Shown here piece after piece: positions 28,595 through 38,299 of a stretch of 64,000 bases of DNA (position 1 is the stretch's first letter; each line of letters opens with the position of its first letter). The DNA is from Solirubrobacteraceae bacterium (GTDB lineage: Bacteria; Actinomycetota; Thermoleophilia; Solirubrobacterales; Solirubrobacteraceae): positions 1,519 to 65,518 of the forward strand of contig DASZLB010000207.1 of assembly GCA_035552575.1 (NCBI GenBank), written 5' to 3'. The position numbers were made by a program, and so were the translations under genes. The notes beneath the pieces are model-generated. The model did not search any database and was not told where the DNA came from. It was given only the letters and a program-made list of their open reading frames with translations.

Positions 28595-30757
28595 ATGAGC
28601 ATGAACGAGCAGCCCAATACGCGCGAAGGTCGAGCTTTTGGCGGCAGGTGTGTCCTGGTTGCGGCGAGCGCCGAGCCCGAGCAGCTTTGCCGCTGCCGAG
28701 CGTCGATCCGCGAGCACACGCCGAGCGACGTCGCAGTCGTCGAGGTCGAGCACAGCGCGAGTGCGGTCAACCGCGAGATCGAGCGGCACGCGCCCGCCGA
28801 CGTGATCTTGTTGACCGAGGCGTGCGAGGTCTCCGCAGACTGGCTCGAGCGACTGACCGCGGCCGCGAACGCCGACACGAATACGGCGAGCGCGAGCGCA
28901 TTCGCCGATGCAGGCACGCCGCTAGCGCTGGGCGATCGGAGCGAGCCCAGCGGGGATGACGCACGGCATACGGTCGGCCCGCTCGGACGCTCGCAAGCGC
29001 TCCATCCCCGAATCAGCAGAGCCGTGGCTCCGTGCGTGTACCTTCGCCGCGACGCCCTGCAGCTCGCCGGCCCGCTTGACGAGGCGCTCGACCTGCGCTC
29101 TGCCGTCGAGGTCGACTTCGCTCAGCGCTGCGTGCTGGACGGGCTCCGGCACGTCGCCGCGGATGACGTCGTCGTCGAGCGCCTCGACGCTGCCGATAGC
29201 GGGTCACCAGCGGATATTGCGCCGCCGTTGCGCCGCCGCTATCCGTATCTCGAGAAGACGCCGTTGGCCGACTCGGGGGTGCTCGCCGAGGCGCTGTTGC
29301 GCGCACGAGCGCCTTGGCCGCGGCTACCGGTGACGTTTGACGCGCGCGCGCTCGACGGCGCAATCACCGGCACGCAAGTGCACGTGCTCGAACTGATCCT
29401 TGCGCTCGCGCGAACGCAAGCGCTGCAGCTTCGCGTGCTCGTACGCGAGGGGCAGATCGATACAGCGACTCGCAGGTTGCTCGAGGGCCTGCCGTACACC
29501 GAGCTGCTTGCGGCCGAGCGGCTTGATCCACATACGCCTCGCAGCGTCGTCTTCCATCGCCCGCAACAGACATTCTCACCGAGCGACGTTGGCCTCGGGC
29601 TCGCGCTTGGCGAGCGTTTCGTGATCAGCCAACTCGACCTGATCGCATATCGCAACCCGGGTTATTTCGTCGATGCAGCCTCTTGGCAGGACTATCGTGC
29701 AGCGAATCGCCACGGGCTCTCGGCGGCCGAGCGCGTAGTCGTCTTCTCGCCGCATACACGCGACGAGTTGCTCGCCGACGCGCTCGTCGATGCTGCGCGC
29801 GTCAGGGTGGTGCCACCCGGCGTCGATCATCGTCGAGTCGACGCCCGGCGGCCGGCGGCGCTCGGCGCCGATTGGCCCGCCGGCTTCCTACTGTGCCTAG
29901 GTACCGACTTCCGCCACAAGAACAGGCTCTTTGCGCTGCGCCTGCTCGCGGCGCTGCGCCAGCAGCACGGCTGGTCGGGAGGGCTCGTGCTCGCGGGCAC
30001 GCACGTCTCGCCCGGCTCCTCGGAGCAAGACGAGCACGAGTACATGCTCGAACACCCCGAGCTCGACGGGTTCGTCGTCTCACTCGGCACGATCGACGAG
30101 CACGAGCGTGAGTGGCTCGTTGCGAACGCCGGCGCGGTGGCTTACCCGTCGGCCTATGAGGGCTTCGGCCTGATCCCATTCGAGGCGGCGCTTGGCGGAG
30201 TGCCGTGCTTGTTCGCTTCGCAATCCTCGCTCGCCGACGTCGCGCCGGCGGGCACGGCGACGATCGTGCCCTGGGACGCGGTCGCGAGCGCGGCGAGCGC
30301 GCTCGTCCTGCTGACGAACGCCGAGGCGCGCGACGCCCACGTCCATGCGCTGGCGGCTGCTGCGCGCAAGCTGACGTGGGACCGCGCCGCGGCCGCAACA
30401 GTCGAGATCTACCGAGAAGCGGCGATCGCACCGGTCCGCGGGTCGGCAACGTTGAGCAGAGATCTGGTCGCACGCGAAGCGCGCTTGAGCGTCCAGCACG
30501 AAGAGGAAGTCGCGAGCCTCATCGATCAGCGCGAGCATGCGCGGCAGATGTATGACGCGCTGAACGCCGAGGTCGGCTTCGGGCTGGTCCTGATCGGACC
30601 GAACGGCGCCCTTCCGGAGAGCGTGCAGCGCGCTCTGTTGGCGCTGGTTGCGCGACCAGCGCTGAGTCGGCCGCTCTTTAGGTGCCTCAGCGGTGTTTTC
30701 CTCGGCGTGCTGGCCTTTCTTCGTCCGATCAAAGCCCTGTCGCGCCGCTCGCGATGA
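28595..30757 (+). CDS. Glycosyltransferase: degenerate GT2-like N-terminus + GT4 domain
   Basis: TGTQV, DLIAY, LCLGTDFRHKN, YPSAYEGFGLIPFEAA..GVP, LTWDRAA; short coiled coil and amphipathic C-terminus. Confidence 0.86.
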   Translation: MSMNEQPNTREGRAFGGRCVLVAASAEPEQLCRCRASIREHTPSDVAVVEVEHSASAVNREIERHAPADVILLTEACEVSADWLERLTAAANADTNTASASAFADAGTPLALGDRSEPSGDDARHTVGPLGRSQALHPRISRAVAPCVYLRRDALQLAGPLDEALDLRSAVEVDFAQRCVLDGLRHVAADDVVVERLDAADSGSPADIAPPLRRRYPYLEKTPLADSGVLAEALLRARAPWPRLPVTFDARALDGAITGTQVHVLELILALARTQALQLRVLVREGQIDTATRRLLEGLPYTELLAAERLDPHTPRSVVFHRPQQTFSPSDVGLGLALGERFVISQLDLIAYRNPGYFVDAASWQDYRAANRHGLSAAERVVVFSPHTRDELLADALVDAARVRVVPPGVDHRRVDARRPAALGADWPAGFLLCLGTDFRHKNRLFALRLLAALRQQHGWSGGLVLAGTHVSPGSSEQDEHEYMLEHPELDGFVVSLGTIDEHEREWLVANAGAVAYPSAYEGFGLIPFEAALGGVPCLFASQSSLADVAPAGTATIVPWDAVASAASALVLLTNAEARDAHVHALAAAARKLTWDRAAAATVEIYREAAIAPVRGSATLSRDLVAREARLSVQHEEEVASLIDQREHARQMYDALNAEVGFGLVLIGPNGALPESVQRALLALVARPALSRPLFRCLSGVFLGVLAFLRPIKALSRRSR

Positions 30758-32076
30758 GCGTCACGGGGGCTGAACCGGTATCCGCGGCCTATACCCTGGA
30801 CGTCGTGCCCAGCGAGCAAACAGATTTGCCAGGACGTCCGGCCCTGGCCGCGCAGGGAGTCGACAAGCGCTTTAAGATCCCCGAGGAGCGCAGCCACACG
30901 CTCAAGGAGCGCGCGCTGCATCCGCTGCGTCGTACGCGCAATGAGGAGCTGCACGTTCTGAAGGACATCTCGTTCTCGGTCGCGCCGGGGGAGTTCTTCG
31001 GGATCGTCGGGCGCAACGGCAGCGGCAAGAGCACGTTGCTGAAGTGCCTTGCCGGGATCTACGGAGTGGACCAGGGCAAGATTTGGTGCAACGGGCGGAT
31101 GTCGACGTTCATCGAGCTCGGCGTCGGCTTCAACCCGGATCTGGCCGCCTATGAGAACGTCGCGCTGAACGGGATCATGCTCGGCCTCTCCCCGCGCGAG
31201 GCGCGCGCACGATACGAGCGCGTGATCGAGTTCGCCGAGCTCGAGGAGTTCCAGGACCTGAAGCTGAAGAACTACTCGTCGGGGATGCACGTGCGACTCG
31301 CCTTCTCCGTGGCAATCCAGGTAGACGCCGACATCCTGCTGATAGACGAGGTGTTGGCAGTCGGCGACGCTTCGTTTCAGCAGAAGTGCTTCGACGTGTT
31401 CAACCGGATGCGCGAGGAAGGCCGCACGATCGTTTTCGTTACCCACGACATGGGCGCCGTCACGCGCTTCTGCCACCGAGCGATGCTGCTCGAGCGCGGT
31501 GAGGTCGTCAGCATCGGCGATCCGCGCGACGTGGCCGATCGCTATCTCGAGTTCGCGTTCGGCCGCAAAGTCGGCTACCAAGACCCCGAGATCGGCAGTG
31601 CGCGGATGGGCGACGGCGCAGCGCGTGTAAGCGACGTGTGGCTCGGCGAGGACCCGTCGGAAAATCGCGGCGTAGCGCCACAGTCCGAGGCGCTGACGCT
31701 GAAGGCGAGAGTCGACTTCCACGAGGAAGTGCTCGATCCTGCGGTCAGCGTGACGCTGCTCAACGAGCACCGCCAGCCGGTCGTCGTCGCAACCACTTCT
31801 GAGGATCTCGAAACAACGGGCGGCTTCAAGCCGGGCGAACAGGCGCTGTTCGCGTTCTCGTTCCACAACATGCTCGCGCCCGGCCGCTACTACACGGCCC
31901 TCACGATCAGCCGTCGCGGCGAGGGCGTCGACGTGATTGACCGCTATACCGGCGGCCTGTCGTTCGTCGTCTCCGGCCTGGCCGCGAGCGGCGGCATGGT
32001 GGAGATCCCGGTCGAGACCGAAGTTACGCGGCTCGGGACGATTCCGCAGATGCAGTCGGCCGGAGAGTCGCTGTGA
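30754..32076 (+). CDS. wzt: Polysaccharide ABC exporter ATPase with C-terminal Wzt_C carbohydrate-binding domain
   Basis: GRNGSGKSTL Walker A, YSSGM..RLAF signature, ILLIDEVLAVGDASFQQKC, VTHD; C-terminal beta domain (LAPGRY). Confidence 0.93.
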   Translation: MSVTGAEPVSAAYTLDVVPSEQTDLPGRPALAAQGVDKRFKIPEERSHTLKERALHPLRRTRNEELHVLKDISFSVAPGEFFGIVGRNGSGKSTLLKCLAGIYGVDQGKIWCNGRMSTFIELGVGFNPDLAAYENVALNGIMLGLSPREARARYERVIEFAELEEFQDLKLKNYSSGMHVRLAFSVAIQVDADILLIDEVLAVGDASFQQKCFDVFNRMREEGRTIVFVTHDMGAVTRFCHRAMLLERGEVVSIGDPRDVADRYLEFAFGRKVGYQDPEIGSARMGDGAARVSDVWLGEDPSENRGVAPQSEALTLKARVDFHEEVLDPAVSVTLLNEHRQPVVVATTSEDLETTGGFKPGEQALFAFSFHNMLAPGRYYTALTISRRGEGVDVIDRYTGGLSFVVSGLAASGGMVEIPVETEVTRLGTIPQMQSAGESL

Positions 32077-32987
32077 GCACGCCGGAGCTGCTCGAGCCGG
32101 CGCCCTACCCGCCGGCCGGTCCCACCGAGCCGCTTGGACGCCCGATCCTCGGGCCGCGCGCGCTGGGCGATAGCTGGTCGCGCTTTTGGCACCTTTCCTA
32201 CAACATCGCGCGAAGCGAATTCAAACTGAAGTTCTTCGGCTCGGCGCTGGGCTATCTCTGGCAGGTAGTGCGGCCGCTGATGCTGTTCGGCGTGCTCTAC
32301 GTCTTCTTCGTCCTCGTGTTCCACGTCGATAAGGCAAAAGGCGCAGCAGCACATCACTATGGAGCGCAGCTGCTCGGCTCGATCGTCCTCTTTACGTGCT
32401 TTGGAGAAGGCTCCTCGGGGGCGGTGCGCAGCGTCGTCGACCGCGAGAACCTGGTGCGGAAGATCCAGTTTCCGCGACTCGCGATCCCGATCTCGGTAGT
32501 GCTACTGGCGCTGTTCAACCTTGCGCTGAATGTCGTCGTCGTGATGGTTTTCGCGGTGATCGAAGGGGTGCGTCCGATGGTGAGCTGGCTCGAGTTGCCG
32601 CTGATCATCTTGATGCTGACAGTGTTGACGACTGGGGTCGCGATGCTGCTATCGGCGCTGTTCGTGCGCTTCCGAGACATCGCGCCGATCTGGGAAGTGT
32701 TCAGCCAGATTCTGTTCTACTCAGCGCCGGTGATCCTTCCCGCTGAAACGGTTCGCGCAGAACTCGGGCAGGGCAGCCTGCTGTACCACATCTACACGCT
32801 GAATCCCCTCGTCGCGATCTTCCAGCAGTTCCGTCACGCGATGATCAACCACTCGACCTTCAGCGCGGGACAGGTGATGGGCAGTTGGCTGTATTTGCTC
32901 GAGCCGCTTGCGCTTGTCGTCGTGCTCATCATCGTCGGCTTCTGGGTGTTCAATCGCGAGGCGTCGCACATCGCGGAGGATCTCTAG
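32073..32987 (+). CDS. wzm: Polysaccharide ABC exporter permease
   Basis: EFKLKFFGSALGYLW..RPL, LVRKIQFPR, FRDI, FYSAPV, LNPL; GTGA overlap with wzt. Confidence 0.93.
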   Translation: MSTPELLEPAPYPPAGPTEPLGRPILGPRALGDSWSRFWHLSYNIARSEFKLKFFGSALGYLWQVVRPLMLFGVLYVFFVLVFHVDKAKGAAAHHYGAQLLGSIVLFTCFGEGSSGAVRSVVDRENLVRKIQFPRLAIPISVVLLALFNLALNVVVVMVFAVIEGVRPMVSWLELPLIILMLTVLTTGVAMLLSALFVRFRDIAPIWEVFSQILFYSAPVILPAETVRAELGQGSLLYHIYTLNPLVAIFQQFRHAMINHSTFSAGQVMGSWLYLLEPLALVVVLIIVGFWVFNREASHIAEDL

Positions 32988-33018
32988 CCGAGCCCAGTCG
33001 AGCGAGGCTAGGCCAGCT

Positions 33019-35103
33019 CTACGCCGACGCCATGCGCCCCGACGCGGCGACGCGCTCGAAGAAATCCTCGAGCGCCTCGATCCGTCGCACCCACGCATAC
33101 TCCTGCGCCGTCTCGATCCCGGCACGCCCCAGCTCGGCACGTAGTTCCGGATCGGCCAACAGCCGACCCAGCGCCTCGCCGACTGCCGCAGCGGTTGGCT
33201 CGGGCATCAGGCAGTTGACGCCATCGACACAGAAGTCGCGATTACCGTGCGCGTCGGTGCAGAGGACTGCGGCACCCGCCGCCATCGCCTCCAGCGGAGG
33301 CAGTGCGAAGCCCTCGTGGACCGACGTCTGCATGAATACGGCCGCTTCGCAGAACAGCTCGTTGACCCGCTCGTCGCTCGGCGTGTCGACGTAGCGCACG
33401 CCGGGCTGCGCGAGCTCCGGCTCGATCCCGAACAGACACAGCTCCGGCCTCGGCTTCAGCGATTGCCAGCCGGCGAGCGTCAGCGGCAGGTTCTTGAGCG
33501 GATTCGTGCGCCCGATCGCGAGCACCATGTCATCGCGGCGCGCGATGTCGGGCCGGGGGCGGAAGTTCTCCAGGTCGATTCCCGGCGGAATCAGCTCGGC
33601 GTCGAGGTCGAGCTCGCGCAGCCGCTCGCGGTTCCACGAGGAGATCGTCATGTAGCGAAACTCCGGGCGATAGGAGTCGAGCACCGCGTGACGCGCGCGC
33701 TCGTGATCGGGGTAGTAGGAGGTCTCGATGTCCTGCACGAAATAGACCGGCAGGCCGCACGGGATGCTCGCGCGCCATACGGCGGCCGCAGTCATCCACC
33801 ATGTCGCAACCTTGATCGCATCGACCTCGGCCAGCGCGTCGCCAAGCGCCTCGTAGTCCGCGAAGCTGCGCACCGGCACGCGCAGCTCGAACCAGTTCGG
33901 GCGGTCGCCGAGCGTATACAGCGCGACATCGTGTCCGCGATCCGACAGGCGGTTGAGGTGCTCGAAGATGTCGCGATGGCCGCCACCGACTCCGGTGTCC
34001 TCCGTCACGTAGACGATCCGTAGCCGATCGTTCGCAGCGCCGACCGCCGTCCCTCGGCTCTCGGCAGGCTCGCTTGGGCCGGGCGCGGCAGCGGCGCCGG
34101 CGGGCGCGCCCGAGGCTGGCTGCTCGACGGATGCGCCGCGCGCGTCGAAGAAGTCCGACCAGCGCTGCCAGAAGCGGTCCTGCGACTCGCGCTCGCGCTC
34201 GCCGAGCTCGGTGCCGCGAGTGAGCGACTCGTGATGGATGAGCTGCGCTGTCGGGAAATAGAGCACACGCAGGCCGGCCTGCCACGCGCGCAGGCACCAG
34301 TCGACGTCCTCGTATGCCATCGCATAGCGCTCGTCGAACGCACCGATCCGCTCGATCGTCGTGCGCCGTACGTACATGCACGCGCCTGTTACGGCCAGCG
34401 CCGGACTCGGCGTCTCGGCAGGCCCCCAGCCGTGAGGCTTGAAGCGATAGCGGTGATCGAACCACTGCGGCTGGTCGCGGTTGCGCACGGTACCGCCGAA
34501 CTGGATTCGCCCGTCCGGGTACTGCAGCTGTCCGCCGACGATCGCAGCACCGCCCTCATGGCCATATGCGCCGTATTGCAGGCACTCGAGCCAGCCCGGC
34601 AGCGCCTCGACGTCAGAGTTCAAGATGACGATGTCGTGCTGAGGGTCGCTGGCCGCGATAGCGCGGTTGGCGTTCGCTGCGAAGCCGCTGTTGCGATCGG
34701 ACTCGACGAGCACGTCGATCCCGGCGATCTGCCGCAGCGCAGCGAGATGCTCCGCACCACTGCAATCGTCCGCGACGATCACCCGTGCCATGCCCTTGCG
34801 AGCGGTCTTCTGAATGCTGCGTACGAGTGCCTGCACATGCTCGGCATCGCGGTAGCTCGGGATCACGATGTCGACCGGTCGGCCATGCTCGCGATACCAG
34901 CTCGTCGCACGCCGGACCTCCTGATCGCGGGCATGCGTGCGCAAGCGCATGCGTTTCTCCAACGGCGTGAAGCGCAACGGAAAGGTGATCAGCCGGAACA
35001 CGATCGTGCGCAGGCCAAAATGCGTGTAGGTCAGATAGACGCGGCGTTTCAGGTTCGCGAACGGTCCCGCCCGACGTCCCTCGATCGGGCTCGGGTCGCT
35101 CAT
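33019..35103 (-). CDS. Bifunctional glycosyltransferase (GT2 + GT4)
   Basis: IVIPSY, VADDCS, NSGFAANAN, LNSD, VTGACM, YEDVDWCLR, HHES.TRG; Ala/Pro linker; GGGHR, ATWW, YFVQD.E, EGFALPPLEAMA.G. Confidence 0.9.
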   Translation of the reverse strand: MSDPSPIEGRRAGPFANLKRRVYLTYTHFGLRTIVFRLITFPLRFTPLEKRMRLRTHARDQEVRRATSWYREHGRPVDIVIPSYRDAEHVQALVRSIQKTARKGMARVIVADDCSGAEHLAALRQIAGIDVLVESDRNSGFAANANRAIAASDPQHDIVILNSDVEALPGWLECLQYGAYGHEGGAAIVGGQLQYPDGRIQFGGTVRNRDQPQWFDHRYRFKPHGWGPAETPSPALAVTGACMYVRRTTIERIGAFDERYAMAYEDVDWCLRAWQAGLRVLYFPTAQLIHHESLTRGTELGERERESQDRFWQRWSDFFDARGASVEQPASGAPAGAAAAPGPSEPAESRGTAVGAANDRLRIVYVTEDTGVGGGHRDIFEHLNRLSDRGHDVALYTLGDRPNWFELRVPVRSFADYEALGDALAEVDAIKVATWWMTAAAVWRASIPCGLPVYFVQDIETSYYPDHERARHAVLDSYRPEFRYMTISSWNRERLRELDLDAELIPPGIDLENFRPRPDIARRDDMVLAIGRTNPLKNLPLTLAGWQSLKPRPELCLFGIEPELAQPGVRYVDTPSDERVNELFCEAAVFMQTSVHEGFALPPLEAMAAGAAVLCTDAHGNRDFCVDGVNCLMPEPTAAAVGEALGRLLADPELRAELGRAGIETAQEYAWVRRIEALEDFFERVAASGRMASA

Positions 35104-36131
35104 CGCAGCGCGCTCTGCGAACCGGGACCGCGCTCGGCCTGCGTGGCGGCACTGGCCTGCTCAAGCGGCGCGAACCCGGCGCGGCCCTCGAGCGAAAGTC
35201 GCCGCCGAAGCCCTGCCGGGACGCGATCCGCGCGGGAGCCAAGCAGCGCCCCGAGGAGGCTCGCGAGCTGCTGGCAGGCAACCGCAAGCAGCACCCGCGT
35301 CCGCTCGAGCGGCGACGCGGCCGTGGCCGCGAGCGCGCTCCATGACTGCGCGAGCGCTCCGCGCAGTCGGCTTTGCAGGTGCCGTGGCGAGGCAGGCTCG
35401 CGCCAGCCATACACCTCGCGCAGGCCGCGCCACTCGTCGAAGCTTCGGCGTAGCTGCTGGCTCGTCGAGTAGGCGTGCGAATGGATCACGGCAGCCTGCG
35501 GCATGTACGCCTTCGCGTGGCCGGCGCGCAGCATGTCGAGTGCCAGCATTCGATCCTCTGCGTACGGGATCTCGCGAAACGGGGTGCGCTCCCACGCCGC
35601 GCGATCGATGCAGGCGTTCGCGTCGCTAAAGAAGCCGCGCCGCCCGATCAGCGCTGCCGCCGGCAGCGAGCGGCGCTCTTGCTCGGCGAGGCGCTCGACC
35701 CGCGGCAAGCCGTCCGGCGAGAGCGAGCCGAACCAGCTCTCCAGCTCGATGCGAACCGGAGACGGGGCTTCCGGTCGTGGGCGATACGGACCGTAGACGA
35801 GCGCCACGTCGGGCGCGAGCTCGAAGCCTTCCAGCAAAGTCTCGAGCCAGCGCTCGCTCGACGGCGTCGCGTCCTGTGTCAGCAGCGCCACGCGCGAGCC
35901 GGCGGCGGCGGCGACCAGCATGTTTCGCGTACCCCCGTGCGAGAATCGCTCAGGCGCGATCTCCAGCACGCGCGCGCCTTGCCGACGAGCGATCTGCACT
36001 GACTCGTCCTGCGATCCGGAGTCGCAGATGACGAGCTCGTGCGCGACCGTCTGGCGCGACAGCGCGTGCAGGACCTCCGCGAGCAGTGCTCCGCCGTTGT
36101 GCACCGGTATCACGACGCTTACGTCAGGCAT
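35100..36131 (-). CDS. GT2 glycosyltransferase (rhamnosyltransferase RfbN-like)
   Basis: SVVIPVHNG, DSGSQD, FSHGGTRN, LTQDA, FFSDAN, AED, HSH.Y. Confidence 0.88.
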   Translation of the reverse strand: MPDVSVVIPVHNGGALLAEVLHALSRQTVAHELVICDSGSQDESVQIARRQGARVLEIAPERFSHGGTRNMLVAAAAGSRVALLTQDATPSSERWLETLLEGFELAPDVALVYGPYRPRPEAPSPVRIELESWFGSLSPDGLPRVERLAEQERRSLPAAALIGRRGFFSDANACIDRAAWERTPFREIPYAEDRMLALDMLRAGHAKAYMPQAAVIHSHAYSTSQQLRRSFDEWRGLREVYGWREPASPRHLQSRLRGALAQSWSALAATAASPLERTRVLLAVACQQLASLLGALLGSRADRVPAGLRRRLSLEGRAGFAPLEQASAATQAERGPGSQSALR

Positions 36132-38298
36132 AGAAGGAGGTCAGCGCAAGGAGCTGGGACGCGTAGCTGAGCGCGATCACCGCGACTGTGAGGGCGACGC
36201 CCGCGATCAGCATGCGCTCCCGTCCAAAGCCGTGGAGCGCGCCGACGACGAGCAGTGCGATCGGGCCGATCGCCGGAAAAGCGTAGCGTCCGAACTCGGC
36301 GATCGCCGGGCGCGCTCCAGGCGTGTAGTACGCAGCCGCAAACCCAGCGATCACGGCGATCGGCATCAGGATCAGCGCAAGCGCCTCGGCCCAGTGCTCT
36401 GACAGCCAGCCCCACTCGCGGCGGACAGCAGCTGGTGCGAGCACGAGCACGAGCACGCTGACGGCGAGGATCACGAAGTAGACCCACGAGGGAAAGAGGA
36501 CGTCATACCAGCCGAACGCCCCCCATCCGCGCTTGATGAAGATCAGAAACCCCGGGTAGCCGCCCGGCGGGAAATGGGGCGTCATGAACGGGAGCCGCGG
36601 CAAGAACATCTGCCATAGGTAGGAAAAGAAGTCGGGCAGGTGGTGCAGCGCTTCACCGATCGCGCCCGCATTCGAGCCGATCGCGGTCGGGACGTTCGCG
36701 CCGCCGGCCGCGTTCGCCGCGAACGCCGGGTTGACGATGTGGACCGCCAGCTCGCCGACGAGCAGCGCGCTCAGCGCAAGTCCCGCCCAGGCGATCAGAT
36801 CGGCACGTCGATGGTGACGCCACAGCGCGATTGCGAAGGCCAGCGCGGCGATCGGATAGAGCGAGAGGCCTGTACCCTTGACGCTCGGCAGCAACAACAG
36901 CACGGCGCCCGTCAAGACGCCCCACGAGAGCATGATGCCGCGCCGCAGCAGGCGGATCAGCAGCAACTCGAGCAATGCCGCCGTCGCGTTGACGCCAACG
37001 TCGTTGTTGACGATCCCGGAGACGAAGCCGAACATCGGCTCGTAAGCCACGAGCAACGCCGCCACGACAGCCAGCCACGGACGGCGCGGCGCCAGCTCGC
37101 GCGCGAGCAGATACGTGAACAGCACGATCAGTGCCCCGAGCAGCGCCGAGACTATGCGGGTCAGCGTCAACTGTGTAAACACCGAAGCGTGCGCGACCGC
37201 GAGGTACGCGGGCACGAGCGCGAGGTAGTAGAACGGCCCGTGCGCCGCCGAAGTCGTGTAGCCGCCTCCGTCGCTTCGGCTCGGCTGCAGCGTCCGCGCC
37301 TGCGTCGCGTATTCGCGCTGCTGCACGGCGAGCCACGGCGCACGCGTATCTCCGACCTGATGATCGGTCAGGAAACTCGTATCTTCGAGTACGAGGTTCT
37401 CGGCGCTCGACCAGCGCAACAGCGGAGAGGCGGGGTCGTCGCTCGGTTTCTCGCCGCGTTCGGCGAGTGACTGCACGTACGCAAAATGGTCGACCTCGTC
37501 GGGTCCCTGGAACGCTGGCGTGATCAGCGCCCAGCAACAGGCGTTCAGGGCGGCTATCGCAAACAGCCACCGCGCCAGGTGCCGGGTCTGCCCGGCGACG
37601 GCCAGCGCGACGCAGCGCAGCGCCGCGAGCGCGAGCGCCGGAAGCACGAGCAGGAGCAGCAGCGGATATGTCCAGGCGTCGATCACGCCGGGGCGGAACA
37701 GCGCCGCGCGACTGAACAGCTGCGCAGCTCGCGCCAGATAGCCGCTGCGGTTGCCCGCGCGCGGGAGGTACCAGATCGCCAAGCGCGCGGCGACGGCGAT
37801 GCCGGCGAGCGTCGGAGGCGTGCTGCCGGGAGCGCTCAGCGGCGTCCCGCCGACGCCCACCGGCCCGTCGACGGTCAGGCACAGGGTGGCGGCGCTCGCG
37901 GATGGGTTCGACGGCGTCTGCGGTATCTCGAAGTCGGCGTTCGTCAGGCGGTTTGGCTGCGCACGGGTCGGCGCGAGGCTGGCGTCGACCGTCCGTCCGC
38001 GTGACCGCAGCGCGAGCTTCATGCCGGGCAACTGCGTGGAGGCAGTGCTCACCTGCAAACGAACGAAGCTCGTGTGCGCCGGTAGATGGAGGTTCGACAC
38101 ACAGACCGGCGCACCGGGATGAGCTTCGACGACGCTGCCGATGCTCTCGACGCTGTTGGTGCCCGTGAAGTAGAAGCGCGGGCGCAGGCAGTAGAACGCC
38201 GTCAGAAGCACGCACGGAACGGCGACGAGCGCCGCGACGGTCCAGACCCGACGGTCGCCGGCGAATACAGCCGCCGGCAGCCGCCGGAGGGCACCCAC
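36124..38298 (-). CDS. DUF2142-like polytopic membrane protein (GT-C-like)
   Basis: TPAFQGPDEVDHFAY, HGPFYY, R.VS, VNND, WG.FGW, GRYAFP; N-terminal extracellular beta domain. GTG start at 38298 follows the upstream stop. Confidence 0.8.
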   Translation of the reverse strand: MGALRRLPAAVFAGDRRVWTVAALVAVPCVLLTAFYCLRPRFYFTGTNSVESIGSVVEAHPGAPVCVSNLHLPAHTSFVRLQVSTASTQLPGMKLALRSRGRTVDASLAPTRAQPNRLTNADFEIPQTPSNPSASAATLCLTVDGPVGVGGTPLSAPGSTPPTLAGIAVAARLAIWYLPRAGNRSGYLARAAQLFSRAALFRPGVIDAWTYPLLLLLVLPALALAALRCVALAVAGQTRHLARWLFAIAALNACCWALITPAFQGPDEVDHFAYVQSLAERGEKPSDDPASPLLRWSSAENLVLEDTSFLTDHQVGDTRAPWLAVQQREYATQARTLQPSRSDGGGYTTSAAHGPFYYLALVPAYLAVAHASVFTQLTLTRIVSALLGALIVLFTYLLARELAPRRPWLAVVAALLVAYEPMFGFVSGIVNNDVGVNATAALLELLLIRLLRRGIMLSWGVLTGAVLLLLPSVKGTGLSLYPIAALAFAIALWRHHRRADLIAWAGLALSALLVGELAVHIVNPAFAANAAGGANVPTAIGSNAGAIGEALHHLPDFFSYLWQMFLPRLPFMTPHFPPGGYPGFLIFIKRGWGAFGWYDVLFPSWVYFVILAVSVLVLVLAPAAVRREWGWLSEHWAEALALILMPIAVIAGFAAAYYTPGARPAIAEFGRYAFPAIGPIALLVVGALHGFGRERMLIAGVALTVAVIALSYASQLLALTSFYA

Positions 38299-38299
38299 G

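Noticed and set aside
28516-28917. N-terminal extension of ORF 28222..28917
   Set aside because: It overlaps the divergent GT gene; ATG 28515 has an SD and gives a coherent small protein.
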